From Candidatus Levybacteria bacterium RIFCSPHIGHO2_01_FULL_41_15 (lineage in GTDB: Bacteria > Patescibacteriota > Microgenomatia > Levybacterales > UBA12049), in assembly GCA_001782165.1 (NCBI GenBank), contig MFNV01000007.1:15449-79448 (forward strand): a stretch of 64,000 nt of DNA, written 5' to 3'. The translations under genes were made by a program, and so were the position numbers. The notes beneath the pieces are model-generated. The model did not search any database. It was not told the DNA's origin and saw nothing but the letters and a program-made list of their open reading frames with translations. Each line of letters starts with the position of its first letter. The first letter of the stretch is position 1. Positions 11,570 to 19,767 of this stretch are shown here, one piece after another.

Positions 11570-12043
11570 TTATCCTATTATTGGAAGCTCTAAGGGATGC
11601 TTTAAGTGTTGAAAGTACTTAAAAATTGAATCTCTGTGATCGAATGCAAAATCCTCTTCCAGCGGGATAGCATTTTCCGAAAACCACCCAGCTTCCGATG
11701 TCTCTTTATCGGTTTTAAAGTCTTCACCTTCTGCATTTACCACATAAATAAACTCCACATTTTGTCTATCTTCTTTGGGTCTTTGTGGGTTATCATTTAT
11801 TCTTAAAAGAAACTGCACTTTTCCCCTAATTCCGGTCTCCTCAAATAGTTCTCTTAAAACACACCCTTTTGTATTCTCATCTCTATCCAAAAATCCTCCT
11901 GGCATATCATACTTCCCTCCACGAAGTAGATTTGGCGCCCTTTTTATAAGAAGGACTTCTCCCCTGCTGTTTACGGTTAAAGCTTTTGCTGAGACATGGC
12001 GAAGTTTTCCCTTGCCACCATTTTCAAATTCGCAGATAATCAT
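11570..12043 (-). CDS. NUDIX hydrolase
   Basis: Nudix box GGFLDRDENTKGCVLRELFEETG, AFDH. Confidence 0.88.
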   Translation of the reverse strand: MIICEFENGGKGKLRHVSAKALTVNSRGEVLLIKRAPNLLRGGKYDMPGGFLDRDENTKGCVLRELFEETGIRGKVQFLLRINDNPQRPKEDRQNVEFIYVVNAEGEDFKTDKETSEAGWFSENAIPLEEDFAFDHRDSIFKYFQHLKHPLELPIIG

Positions 12044-12048
12044 AAAAT

Positions 12049-12786
12049 TTATAACTCTCCTGCCTTGACTTTTTCTGCAACCATATTATTTGCCCTAAGT
12101 AGCTCCTCATGTGATGTCCCGGCGTCAATCCACCAATCTAATAGCTCACACTGTAAGCTTCCTTCTTCTAAATAAATATTATTAAGATCCGTTACTTCAA
12201 GCTCGCCTCTTGCGGATGGCTTAAGTCTTGATATAAAGTCAAACACCCTTTCGTCATACAGGTAAATTCCGGTTTGAGCAATGTCCGATTTGGGATGCTC
12301 CGGCTTCTCCTCAATTGAGAGCACCATGCCATTATCATCTACTTCTATTACTCCATACTGCTGCGAGTGAGTGGGTATTTTAACACCGTAAACAACTGCT
12401 CCTTTATCCTTTTGCTCGAATTTCCCAATGACAGATTTAAGATCTGTTCTAAAAATATTGTCTCCGAGTATTACGACTATTTTTTCATTTTTAGCAAATT
12501 CCTTGGCATAAGAAATACCGTCTGCAATTCCTCCTTTAGCATTTTGTTGCACTCCGTAATAAATTTTTAGCTCAAACTCTTCCCCCGATTTTAAAAGGTT
12601 AGCAAAATCACCTGAATGATCTGGAGAGCTGATAAGAAGAACTTCTCGTACGCCGGCCCTCTTCATGGCCTCAAAAGGATAAAAAATCATCGGCTTGTTG
12701 TATATAGGAAGGAGATGCTTGTTGGTTACAAGAGTCAGGGGCCTAAGTCTTGTAGCGAGACCTCCCGCTAGAATAACTCCTTTCAT
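12049..12786 (-). CDS. rfbA: glucose-1-phosphate thymidylyltransferase (short form)
   Basis: GVILAGGLATRLRPLT..NKHLLP, LGDN, EEKP, SARGELEVTD, WIDAGT. Confidence 0.9.
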   Translation of the reverse strand: MKGVILAGGLATRLRPLTLVTNKHLLPIYNKPMIFYPFEAMKRAGVREVLLISSPDHSGDFANLLKSGEEFELKIYYGVQQNAKGGIADGISYAKEFAKNEKIVVILGDNIFRTDLKSVIGKFEQKDKGAVVYGVKIPTHSQQYGVIEVDDNGMVLSIEEKPEHPKSDIAQTGIYLYDERVFDFISRLKPSARGELEVTDLNNIYLEEGSLQCELLDWWIDAGTSHEELLRANNMVAEKVKAGEL

Positions 12787-12805
12787 ATTTTAAGTTCCTC
12801 AATAC

Positions 12806-12823
12806 CTTTCGACAAACTCAGAA
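12806..12823. repeat. REP-like element family B (CTTCGACAARCTCAG core)
   Basis: ctttcgacaaactcagaa overlapping the stop of the upstream ORF; same core as copies at 57605, 57668 and 60906. Confidence 0.55.
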
Positions 12824-13069
12824 TATCCCAAGACCCCCTTTCATAAAGAAAAACACCAGAGCAAGACCCAAAGTTCCAATAATTACATATTCTATCATAA
12901 TCTTAATTGAAAGATCATGATTTATAAGATGGTGGATCACTCCGAAAAAAATATAAAAAACGGTTGTCAGAACTACAAGATTAAATTGTAAAGACCTGTC
13001 AGGTGCGGCAAGGAGGATAAACAAGAGCCCTAGTCCCAAAATAAGGATCAGAGAGAAATAATATTCCAA
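12818..13069 (-). CDS. small 3-TM membrane protein
   Basis: Three hydrophobic segments, HH..HD loop; start codon uncertain. Confidence 0.65.
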   Translation of the reverse strand: MEYYFSLILILGLGLLFILLAAPDRSLQFNLVVLTTVFYIFFGVIHHLINHDLSIKIMIEYVIIGTLGLALVFFFMKGGLGIF

Positions 13070-13092
13070 ATCTTTCAGATTTTTGATTGTTT

Positions 13093-13983
13093 TCAGATTA
13101 CAACACCTCTCCCCAGGATAATTAGAATAAGAAGAACCGAGACCAAAAAGAAAACATGGTCCGGATTGTGTCTTGCAAAACCATAAAGTTTTTTCCTCTC
13201 AAGAATTATCATTTCTGATATAAATGCAAAAATAATCCCAAAAATAATAAGCGTGTTTAAATTGGAGGCAAGATGCCGGCTGTCAATAATAGATTTTTTA
13301 ACTACTTTTGAAGCAGCTACTTGAGTTCGGGCAACTTCGGGAAGTGGTTGTTGAGCTTCTATTTTTTGGACATTGGGACTGCTTTCGGTTTGAGCCTGTC
13401 TTGTTGATGGAAGGTAAGCCAAATTTCGGCTTCCGAATTCCTCAACTACAAGAACTGTTTCTTCACCATCCAACCTTCCAGTCATAACTGCAAATCCTAC
13501 ATCGCTGTAATTCGGCGAGAGCATATTTGCCCTGTGAGAAGAACTTGCCATCCAAGCATCTGTCACTGATGAACTTGTCGTAAATCCCCGCGCGAGGTTT
13601 TCTCCGGCATAAATATAGTTATATCCGGATTCTTTTATAAATTCCCAGGGTGTTCTTCCTTCAGGAGAATTATGAGCCCAGTAATTCTTTGACAACATAT
13701 CATTTGATTTATTTAAAGCAGCGGCTGAGAGCTCAGGATTAAAAACCAGGGGGGCAAATCCGTTCTCTTCTCTTTTCTGGTTTACTAGGACAAGAAGCTG
13801 TTCGGAGGTTATATCTGTTGATATTCCTAAAACTTCAGGAAATTTTACTTTTAAAGCACTCAGAGAAAAAGTGCCGAGAAATAAAAAGATTATAAGAAGA
13901 GCAAGTGTTGAATGCTGAAGAATTTTTGCCCTGTAATTATTGGATTTATGCGGGATAAACAGATGCCGCAAAAAATCTTTCAT
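13093..13983 (-). CDS. CAP/SCP domain membrane protein
   Basis: NQKRE, YWAHNSP, YAGENLARG, WMASSSHRANML. Confidence 0.88.
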   Translation of the reverse strand: MKDFLRHLFIPHKSNNYRAKILQHSTLALLIIFLFLGTFSLSALKVKFPEVLGISTDITSEQLLVLVNQKREENGFAPLVFNPELSAAALNKSNDMLSKNYWAHNSPEGRTPWEFIKESGYNYIYAGENLARGFTTSSSVTDAWMASSSHRANMLSPNYSDVGFAVMTGRLDGEETVLVVEEFGSRNLAYLPSTRQAQTESSPNVQKIEAQQPLPEVARTQVAASKVVKKSIIDSRHLASNLNTLIIFGIIFAFISEMIILERKKLYGFARHNPDHVFFLVSVLLILIILGRGVVI

Positions 13984-13996
13984 CTTTTAAAGTATA

Positions 13997-14311
13997 TCAC
14001 TTGTAGTAAGGCTGAGCCAGTTCTCCGATTCTCTTGCCGTTAATGGGTATTTTCAAGAAGAAACCTAAGGCATTCGCAACAGACACTCCTACCCTAAGGC
14101 CCGTAAAGGATCCCGGTCCAGTCTTAACCTCGATTCTACCAATATCTTCAAGTTTCAAGTTATGTTTCCTAAAAAGCTTATCAATCAGAGGCAGGATTAT
14201 CTGGGCTTTCCTTGAATCTACCTTGTGTTTTAAAAAATATTTCTTATTATTTAACTTCAAACCCACGGTAATCCGTTTATTATCCGACGAATCAATATAT
14301 AAAGTTATCAT
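13997..14311 (-). CDS. tsaB: t6A biosynthesis protein TsaB, short form
   Basis: LYIDSS, GPGSFTGLRVGVSVANAL; only 104 aa. Confidence 0.85.
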   Translation of the reverse strand: MITLYIDSSDNKRITVGLKLNNKKYFLKHKVDSRKAQIILPLIDKLFRKHNLKLEDIGRIEVKTGPGSFTGLRVGVSVANALGFFLKIPINGKRIGELAQPYYK

Positions 14312-14312
14312 T

Positions 14313-14906
14313 TTAAATTTTAAATTTTAAATTTATTTTGACTACTCCTTCTCTTAAAATTTTCCAGGGTTTTTGGGAACAATCAATTATAGTCGACGGC
14401 ACTTCCTGTTCGCATCTGCCTGTTAATACAAAATCAACAAGAGTAATGAGTCTTTTATCGATGTCGGAAAACTTCTTTGGAGCTTTTTGTCCATAAAAAT
14501 TTGCAGATGTGCCTATAATAGGCACCCCAATATTTTTAATAATTCTAAGGATTGTTTTATAATTTGGCATTCGTACCCCTAATGTTTTGCCGTTTTCCTG
14601 AAGTCTGGCTGGAGTTTTTTTAGGCTTGCAAGGAAGAACAATTGTAAGACTTCCTGGCCAATGGACTTTCATAAGTTTTTCAATAACTTCGGCCGAGATT
14701 GGCTTTAAATACTTTTGTGCCATTTCAATACTATCTACCAAAATAGGGGCGACTCTTTTTTCAGGTTTTCCTTTGATCTTAAAAAGTTTTTCTACAGCTT
14801 TTTCATTATCAACTCTACAACCAATTCCAAAAACTGTATCTGTTGGAAAAATAACTATTCCGCCCCCCTTCAAAATTTCGATTGCTTTTTTAATATCCCT
14901 ATTCAT
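14313..14906 (-). CDS. tsaC: L-threonylcarbamoyladenylate synthase
   Basis: FPTDTVFGIG, WPGSLT, GVRMP, TSAN, PSTIID, ILREG. Confidence 0.92.
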   Translation of the reverse strand: MNRDIKKAIEILKGGGIVIFPTDTVFGIGCRVDNEKAVEKLFKIKGKPEKRVAPILVDSIEMAQKYLKPISAEVIEKLMKVHWPGSLTIVLPCKPKKTPARLQENGKTLGVRMPNYKTILRIIKNIGVPIIGTSANFYGQKAPKKFSDIDKRLITLVDFVLTGRCEQEVPSTIIDCSQKPWKILREGVVKINLKFKI

Positions 14907-15000
14907 TAATTTTAAATTTTAAATTCTAAATTTTTATTGAATTTTTAGTGTTTTAAAGTTTAAACATTTAGATTTGATTGAAAATTGTAAATTAAAAATT
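14907..15000. repeat. ~90-bp AT-rich hairpin element, copy 1
   Basis: Reverse complement aligns with 55433-55520, shared core AAATCTAAATGTTTAAA. Confidence 0.7.
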
Positions 15001-15498
15001 TATTTTTGTTATGATTATTTTTCTTTTATTCTGACTTAGGTGTTCAAAACGAATATCGTACCTATTTTTTGGCAACAAACTTTTAATCTTCTCAGCCCAT
15101 TCTATAGCTATAATATTTTCAGAATCATTTATTATTTCTTCAAGCCCCAAGCCTTCTATATCATTTTTACTTTCGAGTCGATATAAATCAACATGGAAAA
15201 AATTCTTAAATCTTAAACCTGCCTTGCCGGCAGGCAGGTCGTAAATCTTATTTCTTATCTTATAATTTCTTACAATAATAAAAGTTGGAGAAATAATTCT
15301 CTTTTTTATACCGAGTCCCTTTGCCAACCCTTGTACAAAAGTGGTTTTACCTGATCCAAGTTCTCCAAAAAGCGCGAAGACTCTTGGAGTTTTTGTCCTG
15401 CGAAGCAGGATCTCACTTCGGAAGATAAAACTTTCTGCTAATCTTTGAGTTTCTTTTGAATTATTTGTAATGAAAATGTTCTGTTTTGTTTTATTCAT
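14992..15498 (-). CDS. tsaE: t6A biosynthesis ATPase TsaE
   Basis: GELGSGKTTFVQG, SPTF, HVDLYRL, IEWAE; start ATG 15498. Confidence 0.93.
   Translation of the reverse strand: MNKTKQNIFITNNSKETQRLAESFIFRSEILLRRTKTPRVFALFGELGSGKTTFVQGLAKGLGIKKRIISPTFIIVRNYKIRNKIYDLPAGKAGLRFKNFFHVDLYRLESKNDIEGLGLEEIINDSENIIAIEWAEKIKSLLPKNRYDIRFEHLSQNKRKIIITKINF
15218..15238. repeat. 21-nt palindrome in frame in tsaE
   Basis: CCTGCCTTGCCGGCAGGCAGG, encoding LPAGKAG, inside a 7-nt period tract. Confidence 0.75.
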
Positions 15499-16345
15499 TA
15501 TCAATCTTTTTATTTTTAAAATACCGAAAGAGAAGCATAGCACACGCAAGAATAAAAATGCCTCCTGCCCCGATAAGAACCTTAAAAATATTGTTTTGAT
15601 TACTTCCCAGTACTTTTGCTTCCTGTTTTGCGTTATAAACCTTTGGAGTTAAGGTTGCGATTGCACTTTCTGTGCTTTTGCCAAGAACCGAAGTTGGAAT
15701 GTCGATCTTGGAATTCGTTTCCGCGCTTAAAATTTGTCTTGTGGAAGAAACTGGGGAGATATTTTTTTGCATGGATGTAGGAGCTACTGTTTTTATTGGA
15801 GGCTTTGTAGAAGTTATTTTAATTGGTTTGGGAGTTGGAGAAGAAGTTGGTGTTGGAGAAGGAGTAGACGTCGGAACAGGCATTGGAGTTGACGAATTAT
15901 TTGTACTGCCCTTTGTTGGATTATTGAAAATGGCCCACTCTCCAACGCCGTCGATATCACGTCCGTAAGATTTATTTGAACCTGGCCCAGTTGTATAGGA
16001 GTAACTGTCTTCAAGTGATGTTCCATTAAGCAGTTGAACTGTATCGGCGGTTGTCCTGTTTAGATTAAAAAAACCACTCTCAAAAATTTTATACTCAGGA
16101 GATTTAATTAATGTTCCGCCTGGTATTGTAAATTTCTGTGATCCTCCATCATCATCAATCAACCAACTACCTATATCGATAGGGGTTGTTCCCTTGTTAT
16201 ATAGTTCCACCCATTGACTTGAATCAGGATCCACCAGGAATTCATTTATTACTACATCTCCAGCTAAAACATGCGGAGGAAAGGCTAGGGAAAGAAAAAA
16301 TATTGTGGCAAAAAAAGAGATAAATTTTTGAAGAACTTCTTTCAT
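15491..16345 (-). CDS. lamin tail domain (LTD) surface protein with P/T linker and C-terminal TM
   Basis: Signal peptide, VVINEF...WVELYN..IDIGSW, LN...DTV, SYGR, PTKG; start ATG 16345. Confidence 0.82.
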   Translation of the reverse strand: MKEVLQKFISFFATIFFLSLAFPPHVLAGDVVINEFLVDPDSSQWVELYNKGTTPIDIGSWLIDDDGGSQKFTIPGGTLIKSPEYKIFESGFFNLNRTTADTVQLLNGTSLEDSYSYTTGPGSNKSYGRDIDGVGEWAIFNNPTKGSTNNSSTPMPVPTSTPSPTPTSSPTPKPIKITSTKPPIKTVAPTSMQKNISPVSSTRQILSAETNSKIDIPTSVLGKSTESAIATLTPKVYNAKQEAKVLGSNQNNIFKVLIGAGGIFILACAMLLFRYFKNKKIDNE

Positions 16346-17544
16346 CAAGGAACGGTATGAAGGTAAAATGTCTGAATCCCATCCGATTGATCCACCCTTA
16401 CAAAATTTAGCTGTCCACCCCCACATGCAATGCTTCCGCGGAAAAGCTCGCCATCCCTGACTGCTTTAACTGCCAAAGAAGAGCTCGAAAAAATATCTAT
16501 ACCCGTATGAGGCCCTCCCCCATACCAACCTATTCTTGCCCAATAGGTCATTCCATAGCCTTGTTCTATATATATAGGGTCGGAGATCGGCCAGGGCCAA
16601 GAACCCCCAAAAGAGAAGGACCCGTCCGGAGAGTTTTCAAAAGTAATGCTTCTGTCAGACAAATATTGGCTCGGGTCTTGAGTTCCTCCATCTTTCTTAA
16701 CCTCAAAATGAAGATGGGTTCCTGAAGAGCAAGGTGAAGCTCCATTTATAATATAAGCGACTATGTCTCCCTCCTTGATAGGTCCTACTGAAACAACATT
16801 TCCTCCCCCTGCTGTAATTTGTTGTATCGCCCGCTGTTCTGCAAGTGCTGCCTGAAGTTTCTGCTGATAGACTGCTTCGCTATTTTGCGTAACCTTAAAA
16901 AGCGCTTGTTTGTCTGCCTTCTCCTGATCAAGCTCTCTATTATAGTTTTCAAGCTGGGCTTTAAGAGCTTCAACTTTTTTCTTTTTATCTTCAAATATTT
17001 CTTTCTGATTTACGTAATCGTTCTTGGCCTGAGTTGTGTCAAAAATTAATCTTTTATCGTGTTCCTGTGCAATCTTAAGATAATTAAGTCTTGTAAAAAA
17101 ATTTGAAACATTATCCGATGAAAGAAGGACATGAAATGGCTGGACTGTCCCTACTTCATATGTTGCTACAATGCGATTTATAAGAACCCCGGTCAGCTTA
17201 ACCAAGGAATTTTGGAGCGTATCGATTTTCTTATCGGCAGTATCTATATCAAGATTAAGGTCTGTAATCTCCTGCTTGGTGGAATCAATTCTAAGCTGTG
17301 TGAGCTTTATTTGACTGTCCATTACCGCAATCTGCGAGGACAATGTCTTCTGTTGATTTTTAAGATCAGTTATTTTTACCTGAAGATCATTTATCTGGTC
17401 CTGAATTTCTCGAAGCTTCCCTTGGTCAGGTGCAGGAGTAGATGTGGGAGACGGTGTTTGGGCAAAAGTATTATAAGAGAAAAAAACTGTACAAAAGATT
17501 ATTATTAGAGAAAAAAAAGTAAAAAGTTTTGCCTTCCTTAACAT
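16345..17544 (-). CDS. secreted coiled-coil plus M23/LytM peptidase (EnvC/PcsB-like), circularly permuted M23
   Basis: Signal peptide, long coiled coil, HLHFEV followed by HTGID; directly downstream of ftsX. Confidence 0.82.
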   Translation of the reverse strand: MLRKAKLFTFFSLIIIFCTVFFSYNTFAQTPSPTSTPAPDQGKLREIQDQINDLQVKITDLKNQQKTLSSQIAVMDSQIKLTQLRIDSTKQEITDLNLDIDTADKKIDTLQNSLVKLTGVLINRIVATYEVGTVQPFHVLLSSDNVSNFFTRLNYLKIAQEHDKRLIFDTTQAKNDYVNQKEIFEDKKKKVEALKAQLENYNRELDQEKADKQALFKVTQNSEAVYQQKLQAALAEQRAIQQITAGGGNVVSVGPIKEGDIVAYIINGASPCSSGTHLHFEVKKDGGTQDPSQYLSDRSITFENSPDGSFSFGGSWPWPISDPIYIEQGYGMTYWARIGWYGGGPHTGIDIFSSSSLAVKAVRDGELFRGSIACGGGQLNFVRVDQSDGIQTFYLHTVP

Positions 17545-17553
17545 AGAAAGTTT

Positions 17554-18420
17554 TCATTTAAGGTATCTTAAGACCGCAAGAAAGCTTGATAAAAACCCTA
17601 AGATAATTGCAAATATGAGTTCTCCTCCCAAGACTACCAAAAGAAAAACTATAGATACAGGAAAAAGGGGTATGCCCTTTAAGAATGAAGATAGAAAAGG
17701 GGCAGAATACCAAAGAGACAAAGATGCAATGCCCCATCCTATTAAGGCTCCTATTATCCCATAAAAAATTCCCTCAAAAATAAAAGGCCATCTTATATAC
17801 CAGTCAGATGCTCCTATTAATTTCATTATTTCTATATCCTCTTTTCGATGGGAAATTTTTATTCCGATAATAGTAATCATTATAAATATTGACACCAAAG
17901 ATAAAACAACAATAAGGGCAATGCCTATTCTTCTTGCCGCATTTGTCCATGATACAAGGGTTGAAACAATATCTTTTTGAAAAATTACCTCCTCAACAAT
18001 GGGTGAAGATTTAAGAAGATCCGATATTCCTGACAGATCTTCTATCCTAACTGCCGAAATCTCCAAGGACGCAGGAAGTATGTCGGCGGTAACCAGATCC
18101 AAAAGCAAAGGATCATCTTTATTCTGCTGCCTATAAATTTCAAGCGCTTCCTTTTTTGAGACGAATTTTATCGATGAAGCCTTTCCGCTCTCCTTTATTC
18201 TCCCGGAAAGCGTATCCATTTCGCTTTGTTTTGCCTCATTCTTAAAAAAGGCGGTAACTTGAGGTTTTGATTCAAAGAAATTTATGATTTTTGAGGACCC
18301 TGTCAAAAGAAAAGTAAAAAACGAAACAACCAAAAAGGTAAGCATCATTATCAAAACCGCAGCAAGAGCCTGATAGGGAGAACGGCGCACATTGCGCCAC
18401 ATTGTTTTAAAAGACTTCAT
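17554..18420 (-). CDS. ftsX: cell division permease FtsX
   Basis: 4 TM, FVSKKEAL, LPASLEI, RKEDIEIMKLIGASDWYIRWPFIFEG. Confidence 0.93.
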   Translation of the reverse strand: MKSFKTMWRNVRRSPYQALAAVLIMMLTFLVVSFFTFLLTGSSKIINFFESKPQVTAFFKNEAKQSEMDTLSGRIKESGKASSIKFVSKKEALEIYRQQNKDDPLLLDLVTADILPASLEISAVRIEDLSGISDLLKSSPIVEEVIFQKDIVSTLVSWTNAARRIGIALIVVLSLVSIFIMITIIGIKISHRKEDIEIMKLIGASDWYIRWPFIFEGIFYGIIGALIGWGIASLSLWYSAPFLSSFLKGIPLFPVSIVFLLVVLGGELIFAIILGFLSSFLAVLRYLK

Positions 18421-19115
18421 TTATCTTTTTTATCCTCTTCTTTTTTCTCTGTCTGTCTATCGTCTCTTATTAACTTTCCCCTTTCAAGAGTAACTACTCT
18501 TTTACCCATATTCTTAACTATATCCGTATTGTGGCTTGCCATAATTACCGTAGTCCCTCTCTCGTTGATATCCGACAGAAGTTTTACTATTTCCCAAGAT
18601 GTGGCCGGATCTAAGTTTCCTGTAGGTTCATCTGCGAGAAGAATATCAGGAGAAAGAACCAAAGCTCTGGCAATTGCCGCTCTCTGAAGTTCTCCGCCAG
18701 ATAACTGTATGGGAAATTTATCCTTATGATCAATTAATCCTACTTGCGAAAGAATTTCTTCTACCTTTTTTTTTGCTTCGTCAAAATTTATTCCGGAAAC
18801 TTCAAGAGGAAGCATAACATTTTCAAAAACTGTTCTGTCAAACAAAAGCTTTAGATCTTGAAAAACAACTCCTATTTTTTTCCTGAGGTGCGGGATTTTG
18901 TCTTTCGGAAGCCTCATTAAATCCCAATCATTTACTATGACATTCCCCTCAGTCGGAAGAATTTCTCTAATAAGAAGTTTAAAAATGGTAGTTTTTCCCG
19001 ATCCGGTTGGTCCCACCAAAAAGACAAATTCCTTTTTATCAACAGCGAGTGTAACATCAGAAAGACCCAGGCTTCCGGTACCAAATTGTTTCGAAACTTT
19101 ATCAAGCTTTATCAT
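18417..19115 (-). CDS. ftsE: cell division ATPase FtsE
   Basis: GPTGSGKTT, GVVFQDLKLL, LSGGELQR, ADEPTGNLD. Confidence 0.93.
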   Translation of the reverse strand: MIKLDKVSKQFGTGSLGLSDVTLAVDKKEFVFLVGPTGSGKTTIFKLLIREILPTEGNVIVNDWDLMRLPKDKIPHLRKKIGVVFQDLKLLFDRTVFENVMLPLEVSGINFDEAKKKVEEILSQVGLIDHKDKFPIQLSGGELQRAAIARALVLSPDILLADEPTGNLDPATSWEIVKLLSDINERGTTVIMASHNTDIVKNMGKRVVTLERGKLIRDDRQTEKKEEDKKDK

Positions 19116-19564
19116 AACACTTCAACTCTTCCTACATCCATAAGCCAGCCGGCACGTTGCGCCTTGTTAGTTTCTCCCCAAACCTTAACTTTCCCTCCGA
19201 CAAATTTGGACAAGTCAACAATGGAAGATGTCAAATAAACATTCTGGCTTTCTCCTCCGGGTCTTTCAAGATGAAACTGTCCCTCCCCGTCAATTCCTCC
19301 TTTTTTAAGTACCCCTTCTGCGGTATCTTTAAAAGTTTTGAGGTCATTTGAACCAACAACAGTCCCGGCCTTGGGTTTTGAAGAACTTTGTGAAGTAAGC
19401 GATAAATCTTTTGTTGTCCCTCTTTTTGAAAGTAAATACCCGCTCCCTACCCCCAGAATAGCAACAACAATAAGAATAATTATAAGTTTTCCTGAAAAAA
19501 AGGATTTTTTTTCTTCGAATGCATTCATTACCTTATCTGTCTGCGGATCTTTAGTTTCTTCCAT
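19112..19564 (-). CDS. single-TM hypothetical protein with OB-fold-like C-terminus
   Basis: TM helix then DTAEG...GEG.FHL.RPGG.SQNVYLTSS..DL...WGET..AGWLMDVG; overlaps ftsE start; likely ATG at 19564. Confidence 0.7.
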   Translation of the reverse strand: MEETKDPQTDKVMNAFEEKKSFFSGKLIIILIVVAILGVGSGYLLSKRGTTKDLSLTSQSSSKPKAGTVVGSNDLKTFKDTAEGVLKKGGIDGEGQFHLERPGGESQNVYLTSSIVDLSKFVGGKVKVWGETNKAQRAGWLMDVGRVEVL

Positions 19565-19598
19565 TAAGCTCACTCCTAACTATCTAGTAAACCACATT

Positions 19599-19623
19599 TT
19601 TGAGGATTTGACAAATCCTCAAA
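19599..19623. promoter_or_regulatory. perfect 25-bp palindrome overlapping a -35 box
   Basis: TTTGAGGATTTG-A-CAAATCCTCAAA; on + strand TTGACA(19608)-N17-TAATAT(19631). Confidence 0.6.
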
Positions 19624-19767
19624 TTTTTTTTAATATGCGGCAGTGGTTTATTTTAATGGCGACCGCATTCCAAAGTGGAATATGCGGTCTTCTATGATGC
19701 GTAATATAGCAAATATTGTTCGGCCTCTTTGGTGGAGTAATCCCTTTGAAAAAATTACCCAAAAAAT

